Assembly: GCA_949283025.1 (NCBI GenBank)
Contig: CASDRB010000008.1
Coordinates: 85-64,084 of the forward strand
Length of the DNA: 64,000 nt
From: an uncultured bacterium
Lineage (GTDB): Bacteria > Bacillota_I > Bacilli_A > RFN20 > CAG-826
Reading direction: 5' to 3'
Below, one piece after another: positions 29,943 through 39,336 of this stretch. Both the position numbers and the translations under genes were made by a program. Every line of letters starts with the position of its first letter. Position 1 is the stretch's first letter. Under the pieces are notes generated by a model that saw only the letters and a program-made list of their open reading frames with translations, ran no database searches and had not been told where the DNA came from.

Positions 29943-32729
29943 TTATGCTTTTTTACTTTTTATTCTTTTAATTATGAATAAAATTAAAGCGACTATTTCA
30001 TGAACAAATAATGGCGCTAAAGATAATAAAGCGATGTATAACCAATGAATATCATTAAATTGATAACAACTGAACACATCATTTACACCTGGTACTTCTA
30101 CGACAAAGATTTGTAAACCTAGACCTACAGCAAAAGCAATCCATAACATCTTATTTTTTGTTTTGAAATTATGTATGAAACTTTTCCTAATAGAAGTCAT
30201 TCCTAACATGTGAGTCAATTCAGAAAGAGCTAATACCGTAAATCCAGCAGTTTGAGCTTCTTTTAAAATCAAAGCTGTCTCACTAGCGCTAAAAGTAACA
30301 CCATTGATGATAGCTTCGCTACCACCAAGCACCGATCCAGCATTCAATAAAACTTGAAGATTGGATAGACTAATGTCTAAGCCGTGTCCTATTAATTCTT
30401 CCATAGGAATTAATAAAAAAGCGATAAGAGTCACTAAAGTAATCAATGCTCCATAACCAAAAGTCAGCCAATAGCCACCTTTAGCAAAAAGCGATTCTTT
30501 AGGATCACGCGGTTGATCGTGCATGATATCTTTTTCTTTTTCATCTGCTCCTAAAGCGACAGCTGGCAATGAGTCAGTAATTAAATTAACCCATAAAATA
30601 TGGATGGCAATCAAAGGTTCTGGTAAACCCAAAACAATCGCGATAAAAATCGCTAATACTTCTGCAATATTAGAAGATAGCAAGAAAATGACAGTCTTTT
30701 TAATGTTGGCATATATTCCTCGCCCTTCTTCAACCGCTTTTTCAATAGAAGCAAAATTATCATCGGTCAAGACCATATCAGCCGCACCTTTAGCTACATC
30801 AGTGCCAGTAATACCCATAGCAATACCAATATCAGCAGCTTTTAATGATGGCGCATCATTGACACCATCCCCTGTCATAGCAGCGATATTACCATTTGCT
30901 TGAACAGCTTTGACAATAGAGACCTTATTTTCAGGAGAGACTCTAGCAAAGACATGGACGGTCTTAACTTTTTCTTTTAATTCTTCAAAACTTAAAGCAT
31001 CGATTTCGGCTCCAGACATAGTTTGGTCAATATCTTCAACAATTCCCAATTCTTTAGCAATTGCAAAAGCTGTTGTCTTATGATCACCAGTAATCATAAT
31101 AGTGGTAATCCCTGCCTGTTTAAATATCTCAACAGCACTCTTAGCCTCAGGTCTTGGTGGATCAACCATCCCAGTTAATCCGACAAAAATAATATTTTCT
31201 TCATTTATTTGATTATCTAAATGATATCCTAAAGCCAAAACTCTTAAGGCTCGATGTGACATATCATCATTGACACGATATAATTCATCAATATCTTCTT
31301 TTGTGATTTTTCTAACTTTATCACCATCTAAAATATGAGTAGTGTGTTTTAAAATGGAATCGATTGCACCTTTTGTATATATGATATGTTCGTCGTCATT
31401 TTTATGCATGGTCGACATCATTTTACGAACAGAATCAAAAGGTAATTCATCCACTCTTGGTAAATCAGATTTAATCTTAGAATGGCTTAATCCTATATTT
31501 TTAGCAAATTCTAATAATGCGATTTCAGTTGGATCGCCGTGTACACCATTATCAATGCTGGCATTAGAACAAAGCGCCATACCTTTTGCTAATATTTCTA
31601 AATCATCTTTGTTGAAACTATCATTTTTAATTTGTTTATTTAAGATATATGCTTCAACAACTGTCATTTTATTTTGTGTTAAAGTACCAGTTTTATCAGA
31701 ACATACGACTTTAGTTGCGCCTAAAGTTTCAACACTAGGTAGCTTTCTTACAATAGTGTTTACTTTTACCATTCTTCGCATACCTAAAGCTAAAACGATT
31801 GTAACTACGGCTGGAAGACCTTCTGGTATGGCAGCAACCGCAATAGAAATAGAAAGCATAAATGTATTGGCTACTCCTGGAATAGATAAACCTTCATTCA
31901 ATCCCATTTGTAACAATTCAACACCAAAAATAATTACGACGATAATAATGACCAATAACCCTAAAAATTTAGATAACTTTGCCAGTTTTTTTTGTAAAGG
32001 AGTTTGTTGATCTTCTTCACTAGACAATAGTTTTGCAATCTTGCCTATTTCTGTATTCATTCCCGTAGAAACAACTATACCTTCCCCATGGCCATATACA
32101 ACTGGAGTAGACATGTATGCAATGTTGACTCGATCACCCACTCCAACTTCTTCACTGAATACAAAATTAGCATCCTTTTCAACAGGTAATGATTCTCCAG
32201 TTAAACTAGATTCATCAGTTTTTAAATTTACAGTTTTAATTAATCTCAAATCCGCGGGAACAACTTGTCCTTCCTCTAAAATAACAATATCGCCAACTAC
32301 TAATTCTTCCGCTTTAATAGTTAATATTTTGCCATCACGTTTGACAGTCGTGGTCGGTGATGACATCTTTTTTAAAGCTTCTAAAGACTTTTCCGCTTTA
32401 CTTTCTTGAACGGTTCCGATAATCGAATTTAAAACGACAACACCAAGTATGATGACAGTATCAATCCAATCAAAAGATTCACTTAAGCCAGAAAAGTAAG
32501 AATAAGCAGATACTGCAATACTTAAAACAGCAGCAGCCAACAAAACATAAACCATCGGATCATTAAATTGACCTAAAAAAACTAAAATCCAATGCTTTTT
32601 CTTTTTTTCTTCGAGTTTATTAAAACCATTTTTTAAAAGTCTATCGCTGGCCTCACTAGTTGACAGTCCGTCGCTTGTCGATGCATTTAATTCATTTTCT
32701 ATTTGGGCAATAGTTTTATTTTCAAACAT
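29943..32729 (-). CDS. P-type cation-transporting ATPase, type II (Ca2+/Mn2+ exporter-like)
   Basis: Motifs TGES, AIPEGLPAVV, CSDKTGTLTQNKM, MITGDH and TGDGVNDAPSLKAADIG. Confidence 0.92.
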   Translation of the reverse strand: MFENKTIAQIENELNASTSDGLSTSEASDRLLKNGFNKLEEKKKKHWILVFLGQFNDPMVYVLLAAAVLSIAVSAYSYFSGLSESFDWIDTVIILGVVVLNSIIGTVQESKAEKSLEALKKMSSPTTTVKRDGKILTIKAEELVVGDIVILEEGQVVPADLRLIKTVNLKTDESSLTGESLPVEKDANFVFSEEVGVGDRVNIAYMSTPVVYGHGEGIVVSTGMNTEIGKIAKLLSSEEDQQTPLQKKLAKLSKFLGLLVIIIVVIIFGVELLQMGLNEGLSIPGVANTFMLSISIAVAAIPEGLPAVVTIVLALGMRRMVKVNTIVRKLPSVETLGATKVVCSDKTGTLTQNKMTVVEAYILNKQIKNDSFNKDDLEILAKGMALCSNASIDNGVHGDPTEIALLEFAKNIGLSHSKIKSDLPRVDELPFDSVRKMMSTMHKNDDEHIIYTKGAIDSILKHTTHILDGDKVRKITKEDIDELYRVNDDMSHRALRVLALGYHLDNQINEENIIFVGLTGMVDPPRPEAKSAVEIFKQAGITTIMITGDHKTTAFAIAKELGIVEDIDQTMSGAEIDALSFEELKEKVKTVHVFARVSPENKVSIVKAVQANGNIAAMTGDGVNDAPSLKAADIGIAMGITGTDVAKGAADMVLTDDNFASIEKAVEEGRGIYANIKKTVIFLLSSNIAEVLAIFIAIVLGLPEPLIAIHILWVNLITDSLPAVALGADEKEKDIMHDQPRDPKESLFAKGGYWLTFGYGALITLVTLIAFLLIPMEELIGHGLDISLSNLQVLLNAGSVLGGSEAIINGVTFSASETALILKEAQTAGFTVLALSELTHMLGMTSIRKSFIHNFKTKNKMLWIAFAVGLGLQIFVVEVPGVNDVFSCYQFNDIHWLYIALLSLAPLFVHEIVALILFIIKRIKSKKA

Positions 32730-32740
32730 AAAATCCTCCT

Positions 32741-32830
32741 AAACAAGGTCTTGTTCGCCATTAAGCGGTTTATTTCCGGATGTTTGACATCGTGTTGTCG
32801 AAAGTAAACTACACTACTCCCCTTTGTCGG
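32741..32830 (-). promoter_or_regulatory. yybP-ykoY (Mn2+) riboswitch
   Basis: The minus strand reads ACAAAGGGGAGUAGUGUAG...GAUGUCAAACA...GGCGAACAAGACCUUGUUU. It contains both hallmark motifs, AAAGGGGAGUAG and CAAGACC, and abuts the AGGAGG RBS (32740..32735). Confidence 0.75.
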
Positions 32831-32834
32831 TGAT

Positions 32835-32843
32835 ATTATATCA
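32835..32843 (-). promoter_or_regulatory. Extended -10 promoter element (TGATATAAT) for the riboswitch-ATPase transcript
   Basis: The minus strand reads TGATATAAT immediately upstream of the riboswitch 5' end. Confidence 0.55.
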
Positions 32844-32893
32844 ATTTTTTAATAAAATTAAATCTTAAATTTACTAATTTGATAAATAAAAAA

Positions 32894-32915
32894 GGCTCGA
32901 TGTATAAATCAAGCC
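32894..32915 (-). terminator. Rho-independent terminator after tRNA-Leu(CAA)
   Basis: The minus strand reads GGCTTGAT-TTATAC-ATCGAGCC followed by TTTTTTATT. Confidence 0.6.
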
Positions 32916-32926
32916 GTTAATATCAA

Positions 32927-33012
32927 TGGTGCCCACGGCCGGAATCGAACCGGCATGGCTGTTAACCGATGGATTTTGAGTCCATTGCGTCTACCAGTTT
33001 CACCACGTGGGC
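32927..33012 (-). tRNA. tRNA-Leu (anticodon CAA)
   Basis: Manual fold: acceptor GCCCACG/CGTGGGC, anticodon loop CTCAAAA, long variable arm, GGTTCGATTCC, CCA. Confidence 0.85.
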
Positions 33013-33065
33013 GATAACGAAAAATACTATATCATTTTTTTATGTTATTTCAACAAATATTTATT

Positions 33066-34022
33066 TTATCTTGTCAAAATTTTATCGTCATTCTTCATCT
33101 TAATACTTAAACTATAAACTAATCCAAACGAAGCAGCTAACAATGCAAAGATGATGCAAGCAATATAACTATAAAAACAATCAAATCCAGTTAATACAAT
33201 TCCAAAAATAGTGGCAAAAATGCAACATATTGACATTATAAAGTTAAACAATGAAGCTAAATAAATTTTGTTTTTTATAACTAATATTAATGAGGCAAAC
33301 GATAATGCCCAACAAACAAAATATATAATGAACAATGGAATGAATGTATTAGGAGTTAAAAACGCTACAAAACCTAACAAACCACTATAAGAATAATATG
33401 TATCGTTGTTTTTAATGTTAACGCCAATGATGGACAAAATATTTAACAACAATCCCACCATGAACAAACTATAAAAGATTACATTGATAGTTTTTGTGCC
33501 GTTCACATTTAATATAGAGTAAATAGCATAGGTAATTAAGTAAGCAAATTGAGCAATCATCAAAAGAACGCCAGCATAATTTGTAGCGCCTAAAAAATCA
33601 GTCAAAACAAAATTAAGGCTAAATAATATAATTAAACTGATATAATGCCATTTCATTTTTGTCTTATCAACAAATGGTATGATGCTAAAAATTAAGCAAA
33701 CAAATGACATTATAAACATCAAAAATATAAAAACTATATAAACTAAAGAAAAGACCGCTGAATAAGTATTGATTGTTCCTCCATTAATAAAATAAGTGAT
33801 AATGGAAATAATATTTTTGTTTAATGTCATTGAATTGGGAGCCCAATCTCCAAATGCTAATCCAATATTTAAAACAGAATAAACCATTCCAAAAATTAAT
33901 GAAAAAACAACAAACCAAGCCTTATTTTCTTTTTTAATTAGTTTGATTCCACATTTTTCACAAAAAACATCACTATTAGATGCGGTGTGTTGACAATTAG
34001 GACAAATTTTCATAGTGTTCAA
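33066..34022 (-). CDS. Zinc-ribbon domain membrane protein (hypothetical)
   Basis: N-terminal CPNC...CEKC ribbon followed by about 8 TM helices. Confidence 0.6.
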   Translation of the reverse strand: MNTMKICPNCQHTASNSDVFCEKCGIKLIKKENKAWFVVFSLIFGMVYSVLNIGLAFGDWAPNSMTLNKNIISIITYFINGGTINTYSAVFSLVYIVFIFLMFIMSFVCLIFSIIPFVDKTKMKWHYISLIILFSLNFVLTDFLGATNYAGVLLMIAQFAYLITYAIYSILNVNGTKTINVIFYSLFMVGLLLNILSIIGVNIKNNDTYYSYSGLLGFVAFLTPNTFIPLFIIYFVCWALSFASLILVIKNKIYLASLFNFIMSICCIFATIFGIVLTGFDCFYSYIACIIFALLAASFGLVYSLSIKMKNDDKILTR

Positions 34023-34516
34023 TCTCCTTTGTTTATTCTATCAAATTCTAAGTTTAATAGGAAAACTTTTTTATTAATTCCAGCGACATATCCTATATTT
34101 TTATGATTAATTCCTACCACTCGATGGCAAGGCACAACAATCAACAAAGGGTTTTTCTTTAAAGCTTGGCCAATTGCCTGACACGACATGTTTTGATATT
34201 TTTTATTAGCGCAAAGTTGATTCTTAATATCTAAATAAGTCATCGTTTTTCCATATGGTATTTGATAAGCTATTTCCCACACGTCTTTTTGAAACGTGGT
34301 TCCTTGCATTAAAATAGGGAAATCAATAACAGGACTAATTTTGCCTTTAAAATATGAATTAAACCAGTCAATGGCTTTGCGTAAAGTTGAATTATTTAAA
34401 TTTTCATCCATTAAATCATCATTTTCATCAACAAAAGTTGATTCAATCAAATATTGATCCAAACATGTTAATTTTATTAATCCAATCGAAGTTTTTACAT
34501 ACCCCACAAAAATCAT
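34019..34516 (-). CDS. ogt: Methylated-DNA--protein-cysteine methyltransferase
   Basis: Active-site motif VPCHRVV. 4 nt overlaps with both neighbours. Confidence 0.85.
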   Translation of the reverse strand: MIFVGYVKTSIGLIKLTCLDQYLIESTFVDENDDLMDENLNNSTLRKAIDWFNSYFKGKISPVIDFPILMQGTTFQKDVWEIAYQIPYGKTMTYLDIKNQLCANKKYQNMSCQAIGQALKKNPLLIVVPCHRVVGINHKNIGYVAGINKKVFLLNLEFDRINKGD

Positions 34517-35124
34517 TTTTTTCTTACCGTCATCAGCAATTCTCTTGTTCCGCTATAAGGATGCTTATAATCTATTTTTAAATCAATTATTTGAAAATCA
34601 TTTTCATCCAATATTTTTTTAACGTATGACAAATCTAACGCGCTGTAATAAAACTTTTGGCCAAACATTTCGTTTACCTGTTCATTGTCGTTTTTACCAT
34701 GCGTAAACAAAAGATAACCACCACTTTTTAATAAATTAGACAGACGCTTATAAATTATTTTTTGATGATGATAATTTATATGCCATAAACTATCAAAAGC
34801 AATAATGCCATCGAATTTTAAATTGGTTTTGTATTTTAAAAAATCGCAATTAATAAATTGAGCATTTGATAAATTCAACTGGTTAGCTTTTTTAATCATA
34901 TTAAAAGAGATGTCAATTCCAATCACTTTAAAATTAAGATTACTTAAATAGTTATCAATCGGATATCCACTGCCACAACCAACATCTAAAATAAGCCCAT
35001 TAGGTTTAACGAGCTTAACAAAATCAACAACGCATTCATCGATTGGTTTGCTATGGCGATAATCATCCCATTGCTCGTAAATTAGATCGTATGATAACTG
35101 ATTGATTTTGTCTTTCATATTCAA
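34513..35124 (-). CDS. Class I SAM-dependent methyltransferase
   Basis: Motif I ILDVGCGSGY and post-I IGIDIS. Confidence 0.8.
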   Translation of the reverse strand: MNMKDKINQLSYDLIYEQWDDYRHSKPIDECVVDFVKLVKPNGLILDVGCGSGYPIDNYLSNLNFKVIGIDISFNMIKKANQLNLSNAQFINCDFLKYKTNLKFDGIIAFDSLWHINYHHQKIIYKRLSNLLKSGGYLLFTHGKNDNEQVNEMFGQKFYYSALDLSYVKKILDENDFQIIDLKIDYKHPYSGTRELLMTVRKK

Positions 35125-35266
35125 TATTTTACCAATCTAAGTAATAAATAAAAGGTTGATTGATTTTGATTTACACTCCTTGTGTTTTAAACAAACTTGA
35201 AAATATCTTTAAATCAATATATATTTTATCAATGATATTATTATAAAATAGAAAAAGAGGTTTAAT

Positions 35267-35611
35267 ATGGATAAATTTTGTACAAAATGTGGAACAAAAA
35301 TTGTTGATGGCACATCATATTGCCCTAATTGCGGAGCCTTTGTAGGCAATAATCCTCAACCAACTCCTATGTCTCATTCCAACCAAAAATCAAAAATTGC
35401 GGCAGGATTATTAGGTATATTTTTAGGTGGCTTAGGTGTCCATAATTTTTATTTAGGATACACTGGTAAAGCCATTGCACAATTGCTTATTTCTTTATTG
35501 AGTTTTGGATTTTTATCGCCCGTATCAAGTTTATGGGGATTAATAGAAGGCATTATGATATTAGTCGGGTCTATTAATGTCGATGGAAACGGCATTCCTT
35601 TAACTGAATAA
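35267..35611 (+). CDS. Zinc-ribbon plus TM2-domain protein
   Basis: CTKCG..CPNCG ribbon, then GIFLGGLGVHNFYLGYTGKAIAQLL (TM2 domain signature). Confidence 0.7.
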   Translation: MDKFCTKCGTKIVDGTSYCPNCGAFVGNNPQPTPMSHSNQKSKIAAGLLGIFLGGLGVHNFYLGYTGKAIAQLLISLLSFGFLSPVSSLWGLIEGIMILVGSINVDGNGIPLTE

Positions 35612-35641
35612 ATTTTTGTTTTTGATAACAATGTTAAAAAA

Positions 35642-35658
35642 GCGGTTAGATAAACCGC
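35642..35658. terminator. Bidirectional terminator between convergent genes
   Basis: AAAAA-GCGGTT-AGATA-AACCGC-TTTTTT. Confidence 0.7.
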
Positions 35659-35667
35659 TTTTTTACA

Positions 35668-37087
35668 TTAAATTTTATTAGTTTTATTCTTTAACATCGC
35701 GTTTAAAATAATGCCCAAAATCATTGCTACTGCAATAGATGTTATCGTAATAATAGGGTTTTCAGGATTACCAAATTTAAATGCCAGGCCACCAATACCA
35801 CTGACTAATATGACAGAAGCAATAAAAATATTCTTTTGATTATTGAAGTCGATTTTTTCTTTAATCAGCATCTTGACACCACTAGAAGCAATAAATCCAT
35901 ATAGTATCAAACTTATACCACCAGTTACTGCAGCAGGAATTGTTTGTAGCAAAGCAGTAAAAGGTGTAAAAAACCAATTACAATACTAAAAATTGCCGCT
36001 AATAAAACAACTTTTGTTGAAGCAATTTTAGTCATGCCAATAACAGCAACATTTTCTCCATATGTGGTGTTGGCAGCGCCACATAAAACACCGCTGACAG
36101 CCGTGGCAATTCCATCTCCAGATAAAGTTTTTGCCATTCCTGGTTCATCATTTAATAAATCGCGATCAATTATATTTCCTAAGTTTTCATGATCTCCAAT
36201 ATGTTCGCACATAGTAACCAAAGAAACTGGAACAAATAATAATATGACGGTGCCTATCGTTGCCCAATCAAAATTAGCAATTTCTTCAAATCTTAAAAAA
36301 ACAAAACTCTCGCCATCATTTGGAATAAACAATTTATAATTTAAAAAGCTTGCAAAACTAATATTTTCTTTTGAAAAGATATTGATAAATGGACTAAAAT
36401 CAACTATTTTGAAATATTCATTGCCGCATCCATAAAACCCAATTAAAGTCAAAATAACCGCAAAAACATATCCGCTGCTCATCCCGATGACAAAAGGAAT
36501 TAATTTGGCCATTTTTTTACCATAATGACTAACGAGTGCGGTTGTAAAAAGTGCAATCAACCACAAGATAATGCCGCCCAATTATATAGAGGGCTGTTTG
36601 AAATATTTGCAGAAGTAATATTGCTTATAGCGCTTCCAGCCAAAGATAATCCGATAACCATGATGATTGGACCAATTACAATTGGTGGTAAGACTTTATT
36701 TAACCATTTAGTTCCGACAGTTTTTACTATCAATGCAAAGATACAATATATTAATCCAACTAATATCATGCCAATAATCAACGCTAAATAATTCATGCCA
36801 CTGGCCTTTCCAATTAAGCCAATTGATAAAGCGCTACTCATCGGCGATAGATATGCAAAAGATGATGAAAGAAAAACTGGTGATTTTCCTTTAGTAATTA
36901 ATATGTAAATAAAAGTTCCGATACCAGCACTTATAATAGTTGCTGCGATTGGCAAACCAGTCAAAAGTGGGACCGTGATACATGCTACAAGCATAGCTAA
37001 CACATGTTGAATCGAAAAAAGAAACCACTCGTGAATTTTTTTAGGGCTCTCTTCAACGTCTAGAATCAAATTCTTGCTTTTTTCCAT
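35668..37087 (-). pseudogene. pyrP: Uracil/xanthine permease (NCS2 family) disrupted by at least two frameshifts
   Basis: Three consecutive ORFs (36557..37117, 35925..36581, 35668..35952) together recapitulate one permease (QHVLAMLVACITVP.., ..TTYGENVAVIGMT.., ..LQTIPAAVTGGISLILYGFIASSG). The second break maps to an A6 run at 35968..35973. A seventh A would restore ..IGFFTPFTALLQTIP... Confidence 0.8.
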
Positions 37088-37107
37088 AACCTTTACTTTC
37101 CAAAAAA

Positions 37108-37129
37108 AATTCGGCACTGAAGCCGAATT
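37108..37129 (-). terminator. Strong rho-independent terminator directly upstream of the permease start
   Basis: The minus strand reads AATTCGGC-TTCAGT-GCCGAATT followed by T8. It ends about 20 nt before ATG 37087. Confidence 0.7.
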
Positions 37130-37301
37130 TTATAAATGAATTATTAAGATAAGAGGATAAAATGACAATTTCTTTGTTATTATTTTTTTAACAAATTGAA
37201 ATCTTTTTATTCTTATTTTCATAACTCTGCGTATCACTTTATCTAATTAAAAGAAAAAGTAAACAGGGAATTTAAATTTTAAAAATTTTTTTATTATTTG
37301 T

Positions 37302-37778
37302 TTAATTTTCTTCTTGTTTTTCGATATTAATTTGTTCTTCGTTTTTTGCTTTTTTTTCGCTTTTTTTATCTTTAATATAAATGACTAAAGCAGGAATATC
37401 GATCAATCCACAAACGATAAGTACATAAATAAAAAATGGTAATAAGGTTAAACAAATAGTACCAATTGTAGAAACAACAAAAACTAATAGCAAAAATGCT
37501 GTTGCTAAACTAACAATAATACCCGCTAATTCTAGTTTTTTATTATTTATCAAATAGCGAAGCACGTACAATGTTAAGCAAGCAATCAAGAGCATTGATG
37601 TAAAAAACAAAACTATCACTGCCCAAATCGCATCAGCGTTAGCATTATTCACATTTGCAATAAAATCTGCGTTGTCGCAAAAAGAAGCGAAAAGTTGTAC
37701 AGCACCTACTAAAAGTGAAACTCCAACAATTGCCAAAACAACATTAATAAACAATGGTAAATTAATTATCTTTTTCAT
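37302..37778 (-). CDS. Hypothetical 4-TM membrane protein with acidic/basic tail
   Basis: GGAGG (37790..37786) lies 7 nt before ATG 37778. Confidence 0.55.
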   Translation of the reverse strand: MKKIINLPLFINVVLAIVGVSLLVGAVQLFASFCDNADFIANVNNANADAIWAVIVLFFTSMLLIACLTLYVLRYLINNKKLELAGIIVSLATAFLLLVFVVSTIGTICLTLLPFFIYVLIVCGLIDIPALVIYIKDKKSEKKAKNEEQINIEKQEEN

Positions 37779-37813
37779 AACCATTCCTCCGTTTATTTAA
37801 TTGTATCATGTAA

Positions 37814-38407
37814 TCAAGCATTTGTTGATATATCAAAAATACTTTCATAAGGGACTGTGGTAATATAACCAAATTCGTTCTTAATTAAATATATTTTATA
37901 ACAATCATTCAACTCCATTATTTCTAAATTATCTATGTCATCAACATTGTTAATTGAATCACCTAATAAATATATAAATTTGATATCTTCATTGCCTTTA
38001 ATTTTGACCAATATATCAATTTCATATTTAGTATAAACAACGTTTTCATAGGTAATTAAGTCCAATCTTGCTATTGTTTTAATTGTATAAACTAAATCGC
38101 TGCTATCAAATAATTCTTGTCTAGAATCAGTCGGTATAGTTTCACTAGAACTAATCGGGCTTTGATTTTCATCACTATTTGTGTGTTCAAAATTCATAAA
38201 AACAGCATTTAATGTTAAAGAAATAATTAAAGCAAGTACCCCGCAACCAGCAAAGGAAATAGAGAAAGGCAAAATCCATTTTTTCTTAATACTTGATGAC
38301 TTATTATGTTTTAATTCATCAAATTTGATGTTAGTTTTAATATCATCATAGTTTAATTGCTTTTTACATGATTTTTTGATGTGATCATCAAATTTATTTT
38401 TCCTCAT
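37814..38407 (-). CDS. Putative anti-sigma factor (single-pass membrane protein)
   Basis: Overlaps the sigma gene by 14 nt. About 40 aa cytoplasmic N-terminus, TM (WILPFSISFAGCGVLALIISLTL), and about 130 aa extracellular domain. Assignment rests on position and topology only. Confidence 0.5.
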   Translation of the reverse strand: MRKNKFDDHIKKSCKKQLNYDDIKTNIKFDELKHNKSSSIKKKWILPFSISFAGCGVLALIISLTLNAVFMNFEHTNSDENQSPISSSETIPTDSRQELFDSSDLVYTIKTIARLDLITYENVVYTKYEIDILVKIKGNEDIKFIYLLGDSINNVDDIDNLEIMELNDCYKIYLIKNEFGYITTVPYESIFDISTNA

Positions 38408-38945
38408 TTTTTATCCTTTCTTTTAGTTTTTTTATCGAGCGATGATATACGCTTTTAATAGTGTTATATGGTATATTCTTTTTAATGGCGATATCTTTTA
38501 AAGATTCTCCAATAAGAATGTGGTCAATTAAAATGTGTTGTTCATCACTAGTCAAACACTTATTCCAAATATTTAAGAAATTATCATCAAATAGTTCATA
38601 TTGGTCATAATAAGATGCAATTTCTTCTTGCAGCGGCAAATTTGATTTATTTATTTTTAAAAAATCTAATGATTTATTTTTAGCCATAGTGCATAAATAT
38701 TGCTTAATATTTTTAATTTGATAGCAAATATCATTTTTAAGTATTGTATTAAAAAAATTAATAAAAACTTCTTGGCAAATATCTTCACTATCGGCGTCGT
38801 TTAAAACATATTGGTACGAAACAAAATATACCAACTTGTAATAAGAATTAAAAATTTGTTTAAAAGTTTCGTCAAGTTCTTCGCTTTTCTTTGTCTTCAG
38901 CGCATAAGACAACTTTTTTTCTAATGTCATGAACATCCCTAACAT
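38394..38945 (-). CDS. Sigma-70 family (ECF-like) sigma factor
   Basis: Region 2 DADSEDICQEVFINFF and region 4 HTH ESLKDIAIKKNIPYNTIKSVYHRSIKKLKE. Three alternative ATGs (38945, 38936, 38930). Confidence 0.8.
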   Translation of the reverse strand: MLGMFMTLEKKLSYALKTKKSEELDETFKQIFNSYYKLVYFVSYQYVLNDADSEDICQEVFINFFNTILKNDICYQIKNIKQYLCTMAKNKSLDFLKINKSNLPLQEEIASYYDQYELFDDNFLNIWNKCLTSDEQHILIDHILIGESLKDIAIKKNIPYNTIKSVYHRSIKKLKERIKNEEK

Positions 38946-39269
38946 TAATGATAGGCAAATCTATCAATATAAAAATTATCGCATAAATTTGCCTAATCAT
39001 TAATAATGACTTTATAAAATATATTTTGGTTGCATTGTTAATAAAAATATTTAAATTAAAATAACAATAAAAATGAATTGAACATTCATTATTAACCATG
39101 TTTACAAAACGTAGAAGCTGTGGCTCTAATATTTTTAAAGTATAGACAACCCAATATTACAATACGTGGCAATTGTTAATTATATCAGTATTAACATTTT
39201 TTATATCATTGAACGAAAGTCAATTCCATCTTTAAATGATGTCTTTGTGCTATCGCTTTGATACAAAAC

Positions 39270-39320
39270 GCGACCCCTACTAGAGAAATGATACCCTTAC
39301 TAGTAAAACGATACCCCTGT
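39270..39320 (+). repeat. Left array of ~20 bp tandem repeats (2.5 units)
   Basis: The array reads GCGACCCCTACTAGAGAAAT / GATACCCTTACTAGTAAAAC / GATACCCCTGT. Unit 2 matches the reverse complement of 47634..47653 at 18 of 20 positions. Confidence 0.85.
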
Positions 39321-39336
39321 AAAAATGCCTACATAA

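Noticed and set aside
30523-32409. Three plus-strand ORFs (126, 222 and 122 aa) inside the P-type ATPase locus
   Set aside because: The minus strand carries every canonical P-type ATPase motif. The plus-strand ORFs are shadow frames. The same reasoning applies to the other antisense track ORFs, such as 1090..1281, 2219..2650, 3912..4226, 9139..9393, 20795..21094, 41340..41528, 54952..55269 and 56369..56722.
37130-37300. PyrR-type attenuator upstream of the uracil permease
   Set aside because: No PyrR binding loop (UCCAGAGAGG-like) was found. The hairpin is more simply the terminator of the upstream gene.
38872-39099. 75 aa minus-strand ORF upstream of the sigma gene
   Set aside because: It overlaps the sigma-factor start, is Ile/Asn-rich low-complexity sequence, and has no RBS.
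39119-39130. Tn7-like terminus (TGTGGCTCTAAT resembles the Tn7 TGTGG end, and GGCTCTAWTA recurs inverted at 47660..47669)
   Set aside because: No tnsABC-like or any other transposase is present and no target-site duplication was found. The match is short, and the 20-mer orientation does not clearly fit.
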